The position numbers and the translations under genes were made by a program. The notes beneath the pieces are model-generated. The model had not been told where the DNA came from. It worked only from the letters and a program-made list of their open reading frames with translations, and made no database searches. DNA of 64,000 bases from an uncultured Verrucomicrobiae bacterium (GTDB lineage: Bacteria; Verrucomicrobiota; Verrucomicrobiia; Limisphaerales; Palsa-1400): contig CAVXRD010000001.1 in NCBI GenBank assembly GCA_963764165.1, forward strand, positions 1,632,001-1,696,000. The letters are read 5' to 3'. This document shows, in pieces, positions 32,516 through 41,538 of this stretch. Each line of letters opens with the position of its first letter. Positions within the stretch are counted from its first letter, which is position 1.

Positions 32516-33718
32516 CTATTTGCCCGAGCCCGATTCGAGCAAACGCTGCACCGCGCGGGCGATTACAATTTCTTCGTCGGTGCGAATCACGCGGACGGCG
32601 ACCTTTGCCTTTTCCGCGGAAATAACAGGGGCGCTCCTTTTATTTTTGGATTGATCCAATTTTACGCCGAGAAATTCCAAGCCTTCGCAAATCTGCCGGC
32701 GGGCGGCCGGGCTGTTTTCGCCGATGCCTCCAGCGAACACGAGCGTGTCCACCCCTCCAAGCGCGGCCGCGAACGACCCGATCCACTTTTTCGCCTGATA
32801 ACAAAACAGCTCGATCGCTTCCGCCGCTCGGATATCTTTGGCTTCCGCCGCTTCCAAATCGCGCATGTCCGAACTCGTCCCGGAAATTCCGAGAAGGCCC
32901 GATTTATGATTGACCATCTCGTAGAATTGATGGGGCGACATTTTCTGCGTGCGGGCAAGAAACGCAGCCAGACCGGGATCGAGATCGCCGGAACGCGTGC
33001 TCATCACCAGTCCAGCCGTCGGCGTAAAACCCATGCTGGTGTCGATGCTCTTGCCGTTCCGCACCGCCGCCATGCTCGCGCCATTGCCCAGGTGCGCAAG
33101 GATGACACGTCCCTTTTTCGCCGCCGGATCCTTTAAGCGGACAAGCTCGGACATCAAGTAAGTGTAAGAAAGTCCGTGAAAACCATAGCGCTGGATTCCC
33201 TCCTTATCAAAACGCCGCGGCAGCGGAAGCAGTTTCGCCACCCGCGGCATTGTCCGGTGAAAAGCGGTATCGAAACATGCGACTTGCCGAACTGTGGGAC
33301 GCCGTTCGCGGAAGGCCTCCATCAATTCTAACTCGCGAGGCAGATGTTCGGGATCGTTCGGGCTAATGCGCCGAAGATCGCCCAGCAACTTGTCAGTCAC
33401 CAGCTCAGGCTCGGTGTGTTGCATGCCGTGGACGACACGATGGCCGACGCCGCGCACCGTTTCAAGAGCGTTTTCTTTTTCAAGCCAATCGATGAGCGCC
33501 ATCGCGCCAGCCTTGTTGGACGATGCGGTCATCGGCTGCGTTTTCGGCTTTCCTCCGCCCGGCGTTGTAAACGACATTTGCGTGCCGCTGAGGCCGATGC
33601 GGTCAATTTTCCCATGCAGGGCGCGCGCGAGCTCCCGCCCTTGCTCCTCGAACAAAGCGAACTTGATGCTCGAGGAGCCGCCGTTGAGGGTCAAAATGCT
33701 GCCGCGCGCCGGTGTCAT
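32516..33718 (-). CDS. ackA: Acetate kinase
   Basis: [42 protein letters not shown]. Confidence 0.95.
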   Translation of the reverse strand: MTPARGSILTLNGGSSSIKFALFEEQGRELARALHGKIDRIGLSGTQMSFTTPGGGKPKTQPMTASSNKAGAMALIDWLEKENALETVRGVGHRVVHGMQHTEPELVTDKLLGDLRRISPNDPEHLPRELELMEAFRERRPTVRQVACFDTAFHRTMPRVAKLLPLPRRFDKEGIQRYGFHGLSYTYLMSELVRLKDPAAKKGRVILAHLGNGASMAAVRNGKSIDTSMGFTPTAGLVMSTRSGDLDPGLAAFLARTQKMSPHQFYEMVNHKSGLLGISGTSSDMRDLEAAEAKDIRAAEAIELFCYQAKKWIGSFAAALGGVDTLVFAGGIGENSPAARRQICEGLEFLGVKLDQSKNKRSAPVISAEKAKVAVRVIRTDEEIVIARAVQRLLESGSGK

Positions 33719-33751
33719 GCAATCCCAAGCGCGACTATGCCGGCGATGAAA

Positions 33752-34528
33752 TCAGGGGCGTTCCTGGCTGATCGTAAGTTCATCGACCCAATAACCTTCA
33801 AGATTATAATGCCGATGAAGCTCTGTTTCATAGTCACGAGTAAGTAAAAATTCGTCGGTGTATTCCGGCGATTCCTGGATGGCCTCGCGTGACAAATTGG
33901 CGAAGACTTTGGATTCCGGCCAGCTTACCCGCTCAATCCAGCGCGGCGACACGAGCACTTTCTTGCCCGGCAGCCAATTGCGCGTGTCCACCACGAGATA
34001 ACGGATGGACCAATTGTCGTCATCAATTATAAAATCGCTGACATGGCCAATTTCCCCGTCGACCGCCTGCACATGGTAGCCGGAAACATCCGCCGTGCTG
34101 CGAAGATGATGATCCCACGCCTTGGCCTGCGCCTTTTCGGCGGGTTCCTTTGCTTGGTCAAACTCGCGCATCAGGTACGGGTTGACGCCCCAAGTGTATG
34201 GCCCGGACCAATACATCGGCCAGCCGTAATAGCCATAATACGCCTCTTCGAATTGCTGCGAAACGGGCTTGTCCGTGTAAAGCGACGGGCTTTCTTCGAT
34301 TTGCTTCTTCGTCAAATTGACACTGATGTGTTTGTCGTCCTTGAGCACGCTCAGTAGCGCATAGGGCGAAATCAAGACCTGCCGTTCCGCCAGCCACGTG
34401 CCGGTGTCGGCGACGAGGTAGCGAATGGTCCAGCGGCGGTCGTCAAAATAAAATTCCTCCACCTTGCCGATGTCGCCGTCAATGGCTTCCAGTTTGAATC
34501 CTTTAATTGATTTAACTTTGCTTAACAT
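33752..34528 (-). CDS. Tandem PRC-barrel domain protein
   Basis: Two copies of A.DG.IG.V..F..DD..W.IRYLV.DT..WL..+.VL.SP. Confidence 0.9.
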   Translation of the reverse strand: MLSKVKSIKGFKLEAIDGDIGKVEEFYFDDRRWTIRYLVADTGTWLAERQVLISPYALLSVLKDDKHISVNLTKKQIEESPSLYTDKPVSQQFEEAYYGYYGWPMYWSGPYTWGVNPYLMREFDQAKEPAEKAQAKAWDHHLRSTADVSGYHVQAVDGEIGHVSDFIIDDDNWSIRYLVVDTRNWLPGKKVLVSPRWIERVSWPESKVFANLSREAIQESPEYTDEFLLTRDYETELHRHYNLEGYWVDELTISQERP

Positions 34529-34839
34529 AAAATCTGCTCCTTTTCTTTTTGTCTCCCTGGTTCCCATCGAGTGTCGAAGGCGCCCTTGGCATCAATCCGC
34601 CCGCAACGGCGAGAGCCACCGTGATTCTCGCCCGCGAGCCGCCGATTGCAGGCCTCCGCAACATCCGCCATCGCGGAGGATTCGGATATACGGACAATAC
34701 CCCACGCTCCGAACGACGGGGGTGTCAAATACTCGTCACACCGGGTTCCACCCTACTGGCCAAAGCGCCAAAGCGAAGCGAAGTTACCGCGACAAACAAC
34801 CGAAACGGCGGCGCTGCGCTGCCACAAAAAGGAAACGTT

Positions 34840-34989
34840 ATGTTATATACATTGGCAGTTATTTTAATCGTGCTCTGGCTCCTTGGACTTGTGACGAGCT
34901 ACACCCTTGGCGGATTCATTCACATTCTTTTGGTAGTTGCCGTCGTGATGGTCCTGGTGGACTTGATCTCCGGCCGCCGCGCCGTATAG
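34840..34989 (+). CDS. lmo0937-family (DUF5670) small membrane protein, 49 aa
   Basis: MLYTLAVILIVLWLLGLVTSYTLGGFIHILLVVAVV...GRR; RBS aagga. Confidence 0.9.
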   Translation: MLYTLAVILIVLWLLGLVTSYTLGGFIHILLVVAVVMVLVDLISGRRAV

Positions 34990-34993
34990 GGAA

Positions 34994-35093
34994 AGGTAGG
35001 GACGCCTCGGTGAGGCGTCCGGGGACGTTCGCAAGTCCGAGCGCTTTCGAAAAACATCACGGAATCGGACGCCTCGGCGAGGCGTCCCTACCT
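34994..35093. repeat. GTAG REP doublet (family B)
   Basis: aggtagggacgcctcggtgaggcgtccg and inverted cggacgcctcggcgaggcgtccctacct; degenerate copy near 2599-2626. Confidence 0.88.
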
Positions 35094-35172
35094 CGCTTCG
35101 CGACCCGGAGCGGCGAACTGACGCATTGCGCTTTGACTTTTTGCCGGGCCGTGATGGAGACTATTCTCCGTC

Positions 35173-35820
35173 ATGGATAACGTCACAAAGTTCGGACTGC
35201 GCTCGGAATACACGCGGGGCGAACTGGATCTGGAGCATCTGAAGCCCGATCCATTCGAGCAGTTCGCGCTTTGGTTTCAGGAGGCTTTGGAGGCCAAAGT
35301 TATTGAACCAAACGCGATGAGCATCGCCACAACAGGCGCCGACATGCGTCCCTCCGTCCGCACCGTCCTTCTGAAAAGCTATGACGAACGCGGGTTCGTT
35401 TTCTTCACCAATTTCGAGAGCCGCAAAGCGCGGCAAATGTCCGAAAACCCGCAAGTTTGCGCTTTATTTCCGTGGCTGGCACTGGAGCGGCAGGTGATCG
35501 TTTCGGGCACAGTCACAAAGGTGAGCACCGCGGAGTCCCTCGCATATTTCCTAACGCGGCCGCGTGGAAGCCAGCTTGGCGCGTGGGTTTCCCCGCAGAG
35601 TTCCGTCATAACCACTCGATCCTTCCTCGAACAAAAATTGGAGGAAATGAAGAGGAAATTTGGCGAAGGCGAGATCCCCCTGCCCTCATTCTGGGGCGGC
35701 TTCCGAATTATTCCGCGCGACATCGAGTTCTGGCAAGGACGCCGCAGCCGTTTGCATGATCGCTTTTTATACACGCGGCAGGAAGATCAATCATGGAAGA
35801 TCGACCGGCTCGCGCCGTAA
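35173..35820 (+). CDS. pdxH: Pyridoxamine 5'-phosphate oxidase
   Basis: RTVLLK, FFTNFESRK, SQLGAW, EFWQGRRSRLHDR, RLAP. Confidence 0.97.
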   Translation: MDNVTKFGLRSEYTRGELDLEHLKPDPFEQFALWFQEALEAKVIEPNAMSIATTGADMRPSVRTVLLKSYDERGFVFFTNFESRKARQMSENPQVCALFPWLALERQVIVSGTVTKVSTAESLAYFLTRPRGSQLGAWVSPQSSVITTRSFLEQKLEEMKRKFGEGEIPLPSFWGGFRIIPRDIEFWQGRRSRLHDRFLYTRQEDQSWKIDRLAP

Positions 35821-35846
35821 ATCCTAATTTGGTATCTCCGTGTCAG

Positions 35847-36161
35847 TTAATTCGACCTCGGAAAATATGCATCGATTTCAAACTTACTGCCTTCTGTGTC
35901 AAACAACTGGTCACCTTTCTCAATAATGGATGTCAACCGACGACGCACCATTTCGAGAGCGAACGAAAGCGACTGCATTGAATCTTCTCCGCACATGTCA
36001 TTCAACCGACCATCCAAACCATGCAACGCAACCGGAGTCCGCCAGAAGCCTTCCGGAGACCGGTAAGGCAGACCAATCTCTGCAACAATGGAAGCCCTGT
36101 CCCTGTTCGCTCGAATTCGAACTATTTCCATCTTAGCAATCGGAGGAGTGTCAGTTTTCAA
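35847..36161 (-). CDS. Small hypothetical protein (DUF6968-like)
   Basis: IGLPY...W...V.L.GL....GEDSMQSL pattern; visibly more AT-rich than its flanks. Confidence 0.55.
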   Translation of the reverse strand: MKTDTPPIAKMEIVRIRANRDRASIVAEIGLPYRSPEGFWRTPVALHGLDGRLNDMCGEDSMQSLSFALEMVRRRLTSIIEKGDQLFDTEGSKFEIDAYFPRSN

Positions 36162-36191
36162 TAGAGCGTTCTATAATACATCCGCTTGTTT

Positions 36192-39100
36192 CTACCGGGA
36201 TATTTTCTTCAATTCCTGGTCGAGGTTCTGGACTTTGAATCCGTCGGACACAACTTTGTGCGAGGCGTCGGTCAGGATAAGCCAGGGCAATGATTTTGAA
36301 TCCAGAATCCATTTCGTTGAATTCGTTTTTTCCGTGACCCTCCCGATCGGAAAGGAAACGGGGCTTTCCGCCCGCCATTGGTTAAAGATTTCCCCGCCAG
36401 TAATGACGGCTTGAACGCCAATCACAACTACGCCCTTGTCGCGCAATTGCAGCGATGGCTCGTTCAACTGCTTCATCATCTGGCGCGACGCTCGCTGGCC
36501 GGCGTCAAATAAACACAACAGCACAGGCAATCCAGCCGTCACGGTTTTCTCGGGCAAGTGAGCGTCCGCAAGGCTCGGCAAGGGTTTGCCAGCCAGGTGC
36601 GATTCGGGCAGCGAGTCGGTCAGGTCATTCCCGATCATTCCGCGCCTGCGGACGCCAACTTGCAGGACGACATTCGTTTCACCCGCCTCGGCCCCGCCCT
36701 GGGCGAAGCCTCCCTGCGGGCTGTTGGCAGTAAAATTGACCTGCCCTTCACAAACCTTGAAATGAAAGCATCCCTTGCTATCCGTGACCATGTAGGCGTC
36801 GACCTGCCCTTCGCCGCTTGCGTAAACGGAGGCTCCCGCCAGCGGCGCATTTTTTTCGTCCACCACCCGCCCGGCGATCACGCGATTCGCGGTCTTGAGT
36901 TCCACCGCCCGCATTTCCAGATAATTCGTCCTGGTGGATGATTGAATTGACAACTGGCTCTTGCCGCGCCCGCTGGCCGAGATGATGATAGCATATTGCT
37001 GGCCGGGCGGGAGGCATTTGAGCCGGTACCTTCCGGCTGCATCCGTCTCAGCGGGTTGATCCTCCATTTTCGCAAAGGCATTGGCGGCTTTGACTTGAAT
37101 ATCGACTCGCGCGCCGGCCAGCGGCGCGCCGTCCTCACTCTTGACCAGCCCGGACACAATCATTGCAGGCTCCAACTGAAGGGACACGTTGGTGTCGGTC
37201 TCATGCAAATCCGCGACGCCGGCGGCGTTGCGGGCAGGATCGCGGGCAATGGCCATCGGAAAATTGCCGTTCTGCAATTGCCACGGCTGGAGTGACCAGG
37301 TGAGTCGGGCCGCGCCGTTGGTTCCCGTTTTCTTCCAATGAGATTTCAACGCGAAAGTCCCAGGGAATATTGCGGCCTGCGCGCCGGGAACCCGTTTCCC
37401 TTCCGCATCCATCACTGTGGCGAGGACGCGGTGCGATGGCCCGCCGCCAAACGTGCTTGTTTGTCCCACAACCAAAACGACGTTTGTATCCCCTGATTCC
37501 GCGGCAAGCTGGTTGTAGCCGCCTTGATCATTCACAAACAGGTGCACGGCTCCCTTGCAAACCGTGGCATGAAAGCGGCCCTGGCGATCAGTCCTCGCCT
37601 CCGTCTTGGGCTGATCAATGCCGTCGATGTGCACTTCCGCATCCGCGACCGGTTTGTCGTCATCATCAAGCACCTGCCCGGCGATGAAACTGTCCGCCAG
37701 CTTCAGGTAAAGCGGGAATAATTCAACGTGGTTGGTGGAACTATCGGTCCGAATCGGCTGCTGGCTCTGGCCGTGGCCATCCGCGGAGGCGGTTACCATA
37801 AAGGTGGCTTCCGCAGGCATGCTCTTGAATTCGAAGCGGCCTTGGGCGTCACTTTTCACCGGCGCCACCGGCATTTCTGATTCGTGATTGCCAATCTTGG
37901 CGGCGACCGAAAGCGTCGCGCCGGGAAAGGCCGATTCATCCGGGTTTCGCACGAAACCTGTCAAAGATACGGCTGGCTTGAGGTGAATCTCGATGTTCGT
38001 CCGCTCGGCGTCGAACGGCAGGAAGGCGCCCAAATCCTGGGCGGCCGCGCGCGCGACCAGCATGGGGCCGCCGCCTTGCATGAGCCACGGTTGGATCGCC
38101 CACGTCAGCGCGAATGAACCGTCGCCGCGGGTGGTTTTCCACTGCGCCGGGCCGCTGGCGGGGAGAATCGCCACTTGCGCGCCCGCCACGGGTTTCCCGT
38201 CAGTATCCATAACGATGCCATTGAGGCGATGAGGCTTGGCGTTGCCCAGGTTCGACTCCGTGGCGCGCATGATGATATTGGTATCGCCCGCCTCGGCCGT
38301 CGCTTGGAATGACTTGCCCCCGCCTGAAGCGGTCGCAAAAATGCGCACCTCCCCTTCGCAGACTTTGAATTCAAACCCGCCACTCTTGTCCGTCGTGACG
38401 TGGTCGTTCGGCTGGCCGTCTCCGCTGATGGAAACGCTGGCCGCCACGAGCGGTTTGTCGTCATCATCGAGCACTCGGCCTTTGATGATGCGATCCGCCA
38501 CATTCAATATGAACGGGGGCAATTCCAACCGGTTTGTCTCCTGATTCGGCGCGATCTGCTGCTGGAACTCGCTGTAACCTTTGGCGCAAACGCCCAGCGT
38601 GAAACTTCCTTCGATGGGCAAGCCTTTGATTTCAAAACGGCCATTCCCGTCGACGCTCCCGTTGTCCGTGTCCCACGTTTCTGAGGAATTGCCGGCGCGC
38701 ACGATCAAAGAATAAGCGCCGTTGGTCAGAGCCGTTTCATTTGTATTTTTGACAACACTCGAAACGGTCAACGCGGGGATCAGTTTTACTTCCATATTGG
38801 TAACGTCCGCATCCAACGGAGCGAGGGCGGCCAGATTATGGGAGGCATCCCGGACAAAGAGCTGGGCGCCGGTGGCGCGCTGCCAAGGCTGCAGCGCCCA
38901 AATTCGGGTGAAAGCGCCCTCGGAGTCGGTCTTCGTCCAGTGGATGTTTCCCTTCGAAGGGAAAACCATCAATTCGGCCCCAGCCGCCGGTTTGCCATCT
39001 GGCATTTTGACGACGCCGGAAACTCTGTCGCTCCGACCGTTCCCCAATCCAAGATAGATGATGATATTCGTTTCCCCCGCGGTGGCATCAACCGTTGAAG

Positions 39101-39920
39101 AAGTTCGTTCGGTGTTCGCATTCAATCGAACTTTGCCGTCGCAAACCTTGAACTCGAACTTGCCTGCGGCATCGGTCGTTCCTTCCCCAGTCGGCTGGTC
39201 GAATCCGCTCAAATGAATTTTCACGCCGGATTCGGGCTTGCCCTCGTCGTTGTAAAGGTGGCCGGAAATCACATTGGTTGCCGGTCTCAAATCGATCGCG
39301 CCCAAATCGATGGCAGGCGTGCCAGAGCCGCCGTCTGCGTCGACAGTCTTCGAACCGTAACCGCGCGCAAAAACAGTGATGCGATATTTTCGCCCCGTCG
39401 GCAGATTGGCGAATTCAAATCTTGGGCCGCCATTGGTGGACGCATCTATTTTGATTGGCACAGGCGTTTGATCCGTCAAAAGCGCGGCGCACGCCTGGAC
39501 ATTCGCAAGCGGGACGCCATCCGACTGCGCGCGACCGGTGACGCTGAAACCGGGGGCAAGGTTAAGGTTGAAATTCGTGGCCTCCTCCGATACTTCCTCG
39601 GCCCCCGCAAGTTTGCTCCCGGGATCACGCGCGACAATAACAGCATACGACGGCACGTTGTTCTGGCGAACCTTCCAATCAAACGCGAATTTGCCATTCG
39701 CATCGGCATTCGTAATCAAGGGCGCATCCATGTTGAAAATGCTGACAAGACGAAGCTCGGCATTCGCCGCCGGGTTTCCATAAAGTGTGCGAACCGCGCC
39801 CGTGACGGGAATGGTGCGCTCCGAGCCGTTGTCGAGATTCGTTTGCGCCCGGCCAGGCGGGGCCCCCCCGAGAAGCGCGGCGGCGAGAAGCATCACAAAC
39901 CATGAGCGCGTCAATATCAT
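36192..39920 (-). CDS. Large secreted protein: four ~265-aa repeats of carboxypeptidase-regulatory-like beta-sandwiches plus a C-terminal redoxin-like domain
   Basis: Repeated G.V...DGKP.AGA, TD..G.F.FKVC.G.V, A.AG.TN; the C-terminal GKPLPSL...VLLCLFD...FPIG...LPWLILTD segment has no CxxC. Confidence 0.8.
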   Translation of the reverse strand: MILTRSWFVMLLAAALLGGAPPGRAQTNLDNGSERTIPVTGAVRTLYGNPAANAELRLVSIFNMDAPLITNADANGKFAFDWKVRQNNVPSYAVIVARDPGSKLAGAEEVSEEATNFNLNLAPGFSVTGRAQSDGVPLANVQACAALLTDQTPVPIKIDASTNGGPRFEFANLPTGRKYRITVFARGYGSKTVDADGGSGTPAIDLGAIDLRPATNVISGHLYNDEGKPESGVKIHLSGFDQPTGEGTTDAAGKFEFKVCDGKVRLNANTERTSSTVDATAGETNIIIYLGLGNGRSDRVSGVVKMPDGKPAAGAELMVFPSKGNIHWTKTDSEGAFTRIWALQPWQRATGAQLFVRDASHNLAALAPLDADVTNMEVKLIPALTVSSVVKNTNETALTNGAYSLIVRAGNSSETWDTDNGSVDGNGRFEIKGLPIEGSFTLGVCAKGYSEFQQQIAPNQETNRLELPPFILNVADRIIKGRVLDDDDKPLVAASVSISGDGQPNDHVTTDKSGGFEFKVCEGEVRIFATASGGGKSFQATAEAGDTNIIMRATESNLGNAKPHRLNGIVMDTDGKPVAGAQVAILPASGPAQWKTTRGDGSFALTWAIQPWLMQGGGPMLVARAAAQDLGAFLPFDAERTNIEIHLKPAVSLTGFVRNPDESAFPGATLSVAAKIGNHESEMPVAPVKSDAQGRFEFKSMPAEATFMVTASADGHGQSQQPIRTDSSTNHVELFPLYLKLADSFIAGQVLDDDDKPVADAEVHIDGIDQPKTEARTDRQGRFHATVCKGAVHLFVNDQGGYNQLAAESGDTNVVLVVGQTSTFGGGPSHRVLATVMDAEGKRVPGAQAAIFPGTFALKSHWKKTGTNGAARLTWSLQPWQLQNGNFPMAIARDPARNAAGVADLHETDTNVSLQLEPAMIVSGLVKSEDGAPLAGARVDIQVKAANAFAKMEDQPAETDAAGRYRLKCLPPGQQYAIIISASGRGKSQLSIQSSTRTNYLEMRAVELKTANRVIAGRVVDEKNAPLAGASVYASGEGQVDAYMVTDSKGCFHFKVCEGQVNFTANSPQGGFAQGGAEAGETNVVLQVGVRRRGMIGNDLTDSLPESHLAGKPLPSLADAHLPEKTVTAGLPVLLCLFDAGQRASRQMMKQLNEPSLQLRDKGVVVIGVQAVITGGEIFNQWRAESPVSFPIGRVTEKTNSTKWILDSKSLPWLILTDASHKVVSDGFKVQNLDQELKKISR

Positions 39921-40040
39921 GCGACTGTGGCCAATAGGCGGTGTCAAACGGCGACGCATATTACGAGCGTGGCGTTGGAATAGCGATACAATCCTTAGTG
40001 GCAACCCAAACCTCGGCTCGCTCGATTTTTCAAAAATCCG

Positions 40041-40080
40041 CCTATGTTTGCCTTTCTTTGCCTATGTTTGCTTATGTTTA
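40041..40080. repeat. Four tandem 10-bp direct repeats
   Basis: cctatgtttg cctttctttg cctatgtttg cttatgttta. Confidence 0.85.
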
Positions 40081-40266
40081 CGCACGCACCCCGCTCGGGA
40101 GAAATGAGTGACGCACGGCCACCTGATTTTCCGGAGGCGGCTCGCTGTTTTCGGCGCAACCTCAAAGGGAAGATTTGCCCGCGTGCTTCTCTGCGCGAAA
40201 ATAGTTGACTCTAAAAATGCTTTGCAATCAACAACGCAGCGGATGTTGCCCCTTTTTGGAGATTAT

Positions 40267-41535
40267 TTATTGCGCCTTTAATTTGCCCAGCCGTTCCAGC
40301 GCCTTTCCCTCCTGGCCAGCGACAACGGCAGAAAAGACCTCATCAAGCGCGGAACCGAGCGCGGCATTGGTGGCGGATTGGCGGCGAAGATTGTAGAACT
40401 GAACGGCTGATTCCAGATGATTGGATGCGGAATGGCCGCCACGATGGCAAAGATCCTGGATAACGTTAAGATCGCGAAATCCATACTCCTTCGTGGGTTC
40501 GATCGTCGTTCCCTCGCCGAAATCATTCCATGTGACAATTTGAACGAGCGCAGAATTGTTGGCCAGGGCGCGGTTCAGACTTTCGCGCAATGTTTCGCCA
40601 TTCCGGTCGCCCAAATAGCCCCAGTAATTGCGCACGCCGGCGCGCTCGTAGACATCGTGGAACCGAGGAAAGGCGCTGCTGATGAAGGCCGGCCAGGCGG
40701 CGGACTTGCCCTCAAATTCCGCCAAATAGCTTTTAAGCGCGGCGTCCGACAAAACACCACCGGTGCCAGGCTGCTGGCTCAGCCACATGGGCGGCCAGTC
40801 AAAGGCGCCCGCGCCCGACGCCAGGCGGTTGTCCTCAGTAAAAAAGCTGGGCCGGTTAGAGGCCTCAAGCACGGAGAATATCTCATCCCAATTGGTCGTG
40901 GATGTAAAATATTGCGGGCCAAAGTTCTCGAAGAGCGGTTTGCCCTTGATGCGAAAATACGATGGATCGCAAAAGAAGTTCGACTGGAGATAAAGCATTT
41001 CCTGCTGCGCGTGATGAATGGCCTCGGCCGCCGAGATGCGCTTGCCATCGATCAGGCGCTGAACCGTCTGGTCTTCATAGCAAACCGCAAATTTCAATCC
41101 GGCTTTGCGGGTGTAATCGAATATCCTGGCCGTGTTGCGGTCGACGGCAGCGTAGTCAAAGTAATCGGTCGAGCCGTACCAGTCCACAATCACACCATCA
41201 ATGCCAGCGAGCTTCATCAGCAGAACATGATACTCGAGCACCGCCGGGTCCGAGGAATCGTAAGGCCCAATGAGCGGATAGTACCACGACGCGATTTCCC
41301 GTTCACCGGATGCGTTGACCTTTTCAGGATCGAAATGGTTCATGGTCCAGTGCCAGCCCCACTCTGCGCTGTGGGGTTTCGCGGCATACCAAGGCATGTA
41401 ATAGACCATCACCGGCTTGTCATTCGTCGTGGCTGCCGAAACACCAGGCGAAACACATGGCAGCATCGTCAGCGCGGCAAGGATGCTAGATCTCATTGCT
41501 TTCAGGGTCCTTTGCATTTTCGAAGAGGCGCGCAT
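40267..41535 (-). CDS. Glycoside hydrolase family 71/99-like, secreted
   Basis: YYMPWY, YYPLIGPYDSSDP, AGIDGVIVDWYG, CYEDQ, TWNDFGEGT.IEP. Confidence 0.85.
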   Translation of the reverse strand: MRASSKMQRTLKAMRSSILAALTMLPCVSPGVSAATTNDKPVMVYYMPWYAAKPHSAEWGWHWTMNHFDPEKVNASGEREIASWYYPLIGPYDSSDPAVLEYHVLLMKLAGIDGVIVDWYGSTDYFDYAAVDRNTARIFDYTRKAGLKFAVCYEDQTVQRLIDGKRISAAEAIHHAQQEMLYLQSNFFCDPSYFRIKGKPLFENFGPQYFTSTTNWDEIFSVLEASNRPSFFTEDNRLASGAGAFDWPPMWLSQQPGTGGVLSDAALKSYLAEFEGKSAAWPAFISSAFPRFHDVYERAGVRNYWGYLGDRNGETLRESLNRALANNSALVQIVTWNDFGEGTTIEPTKEYGFRDLNVIQDLCHRGGHSASNHLESAVQFYNLRRQSATNAALGSALDEVFSAVVAGQEGKALERLGKLKAQ

Positions 41536-41538
41536 GAA

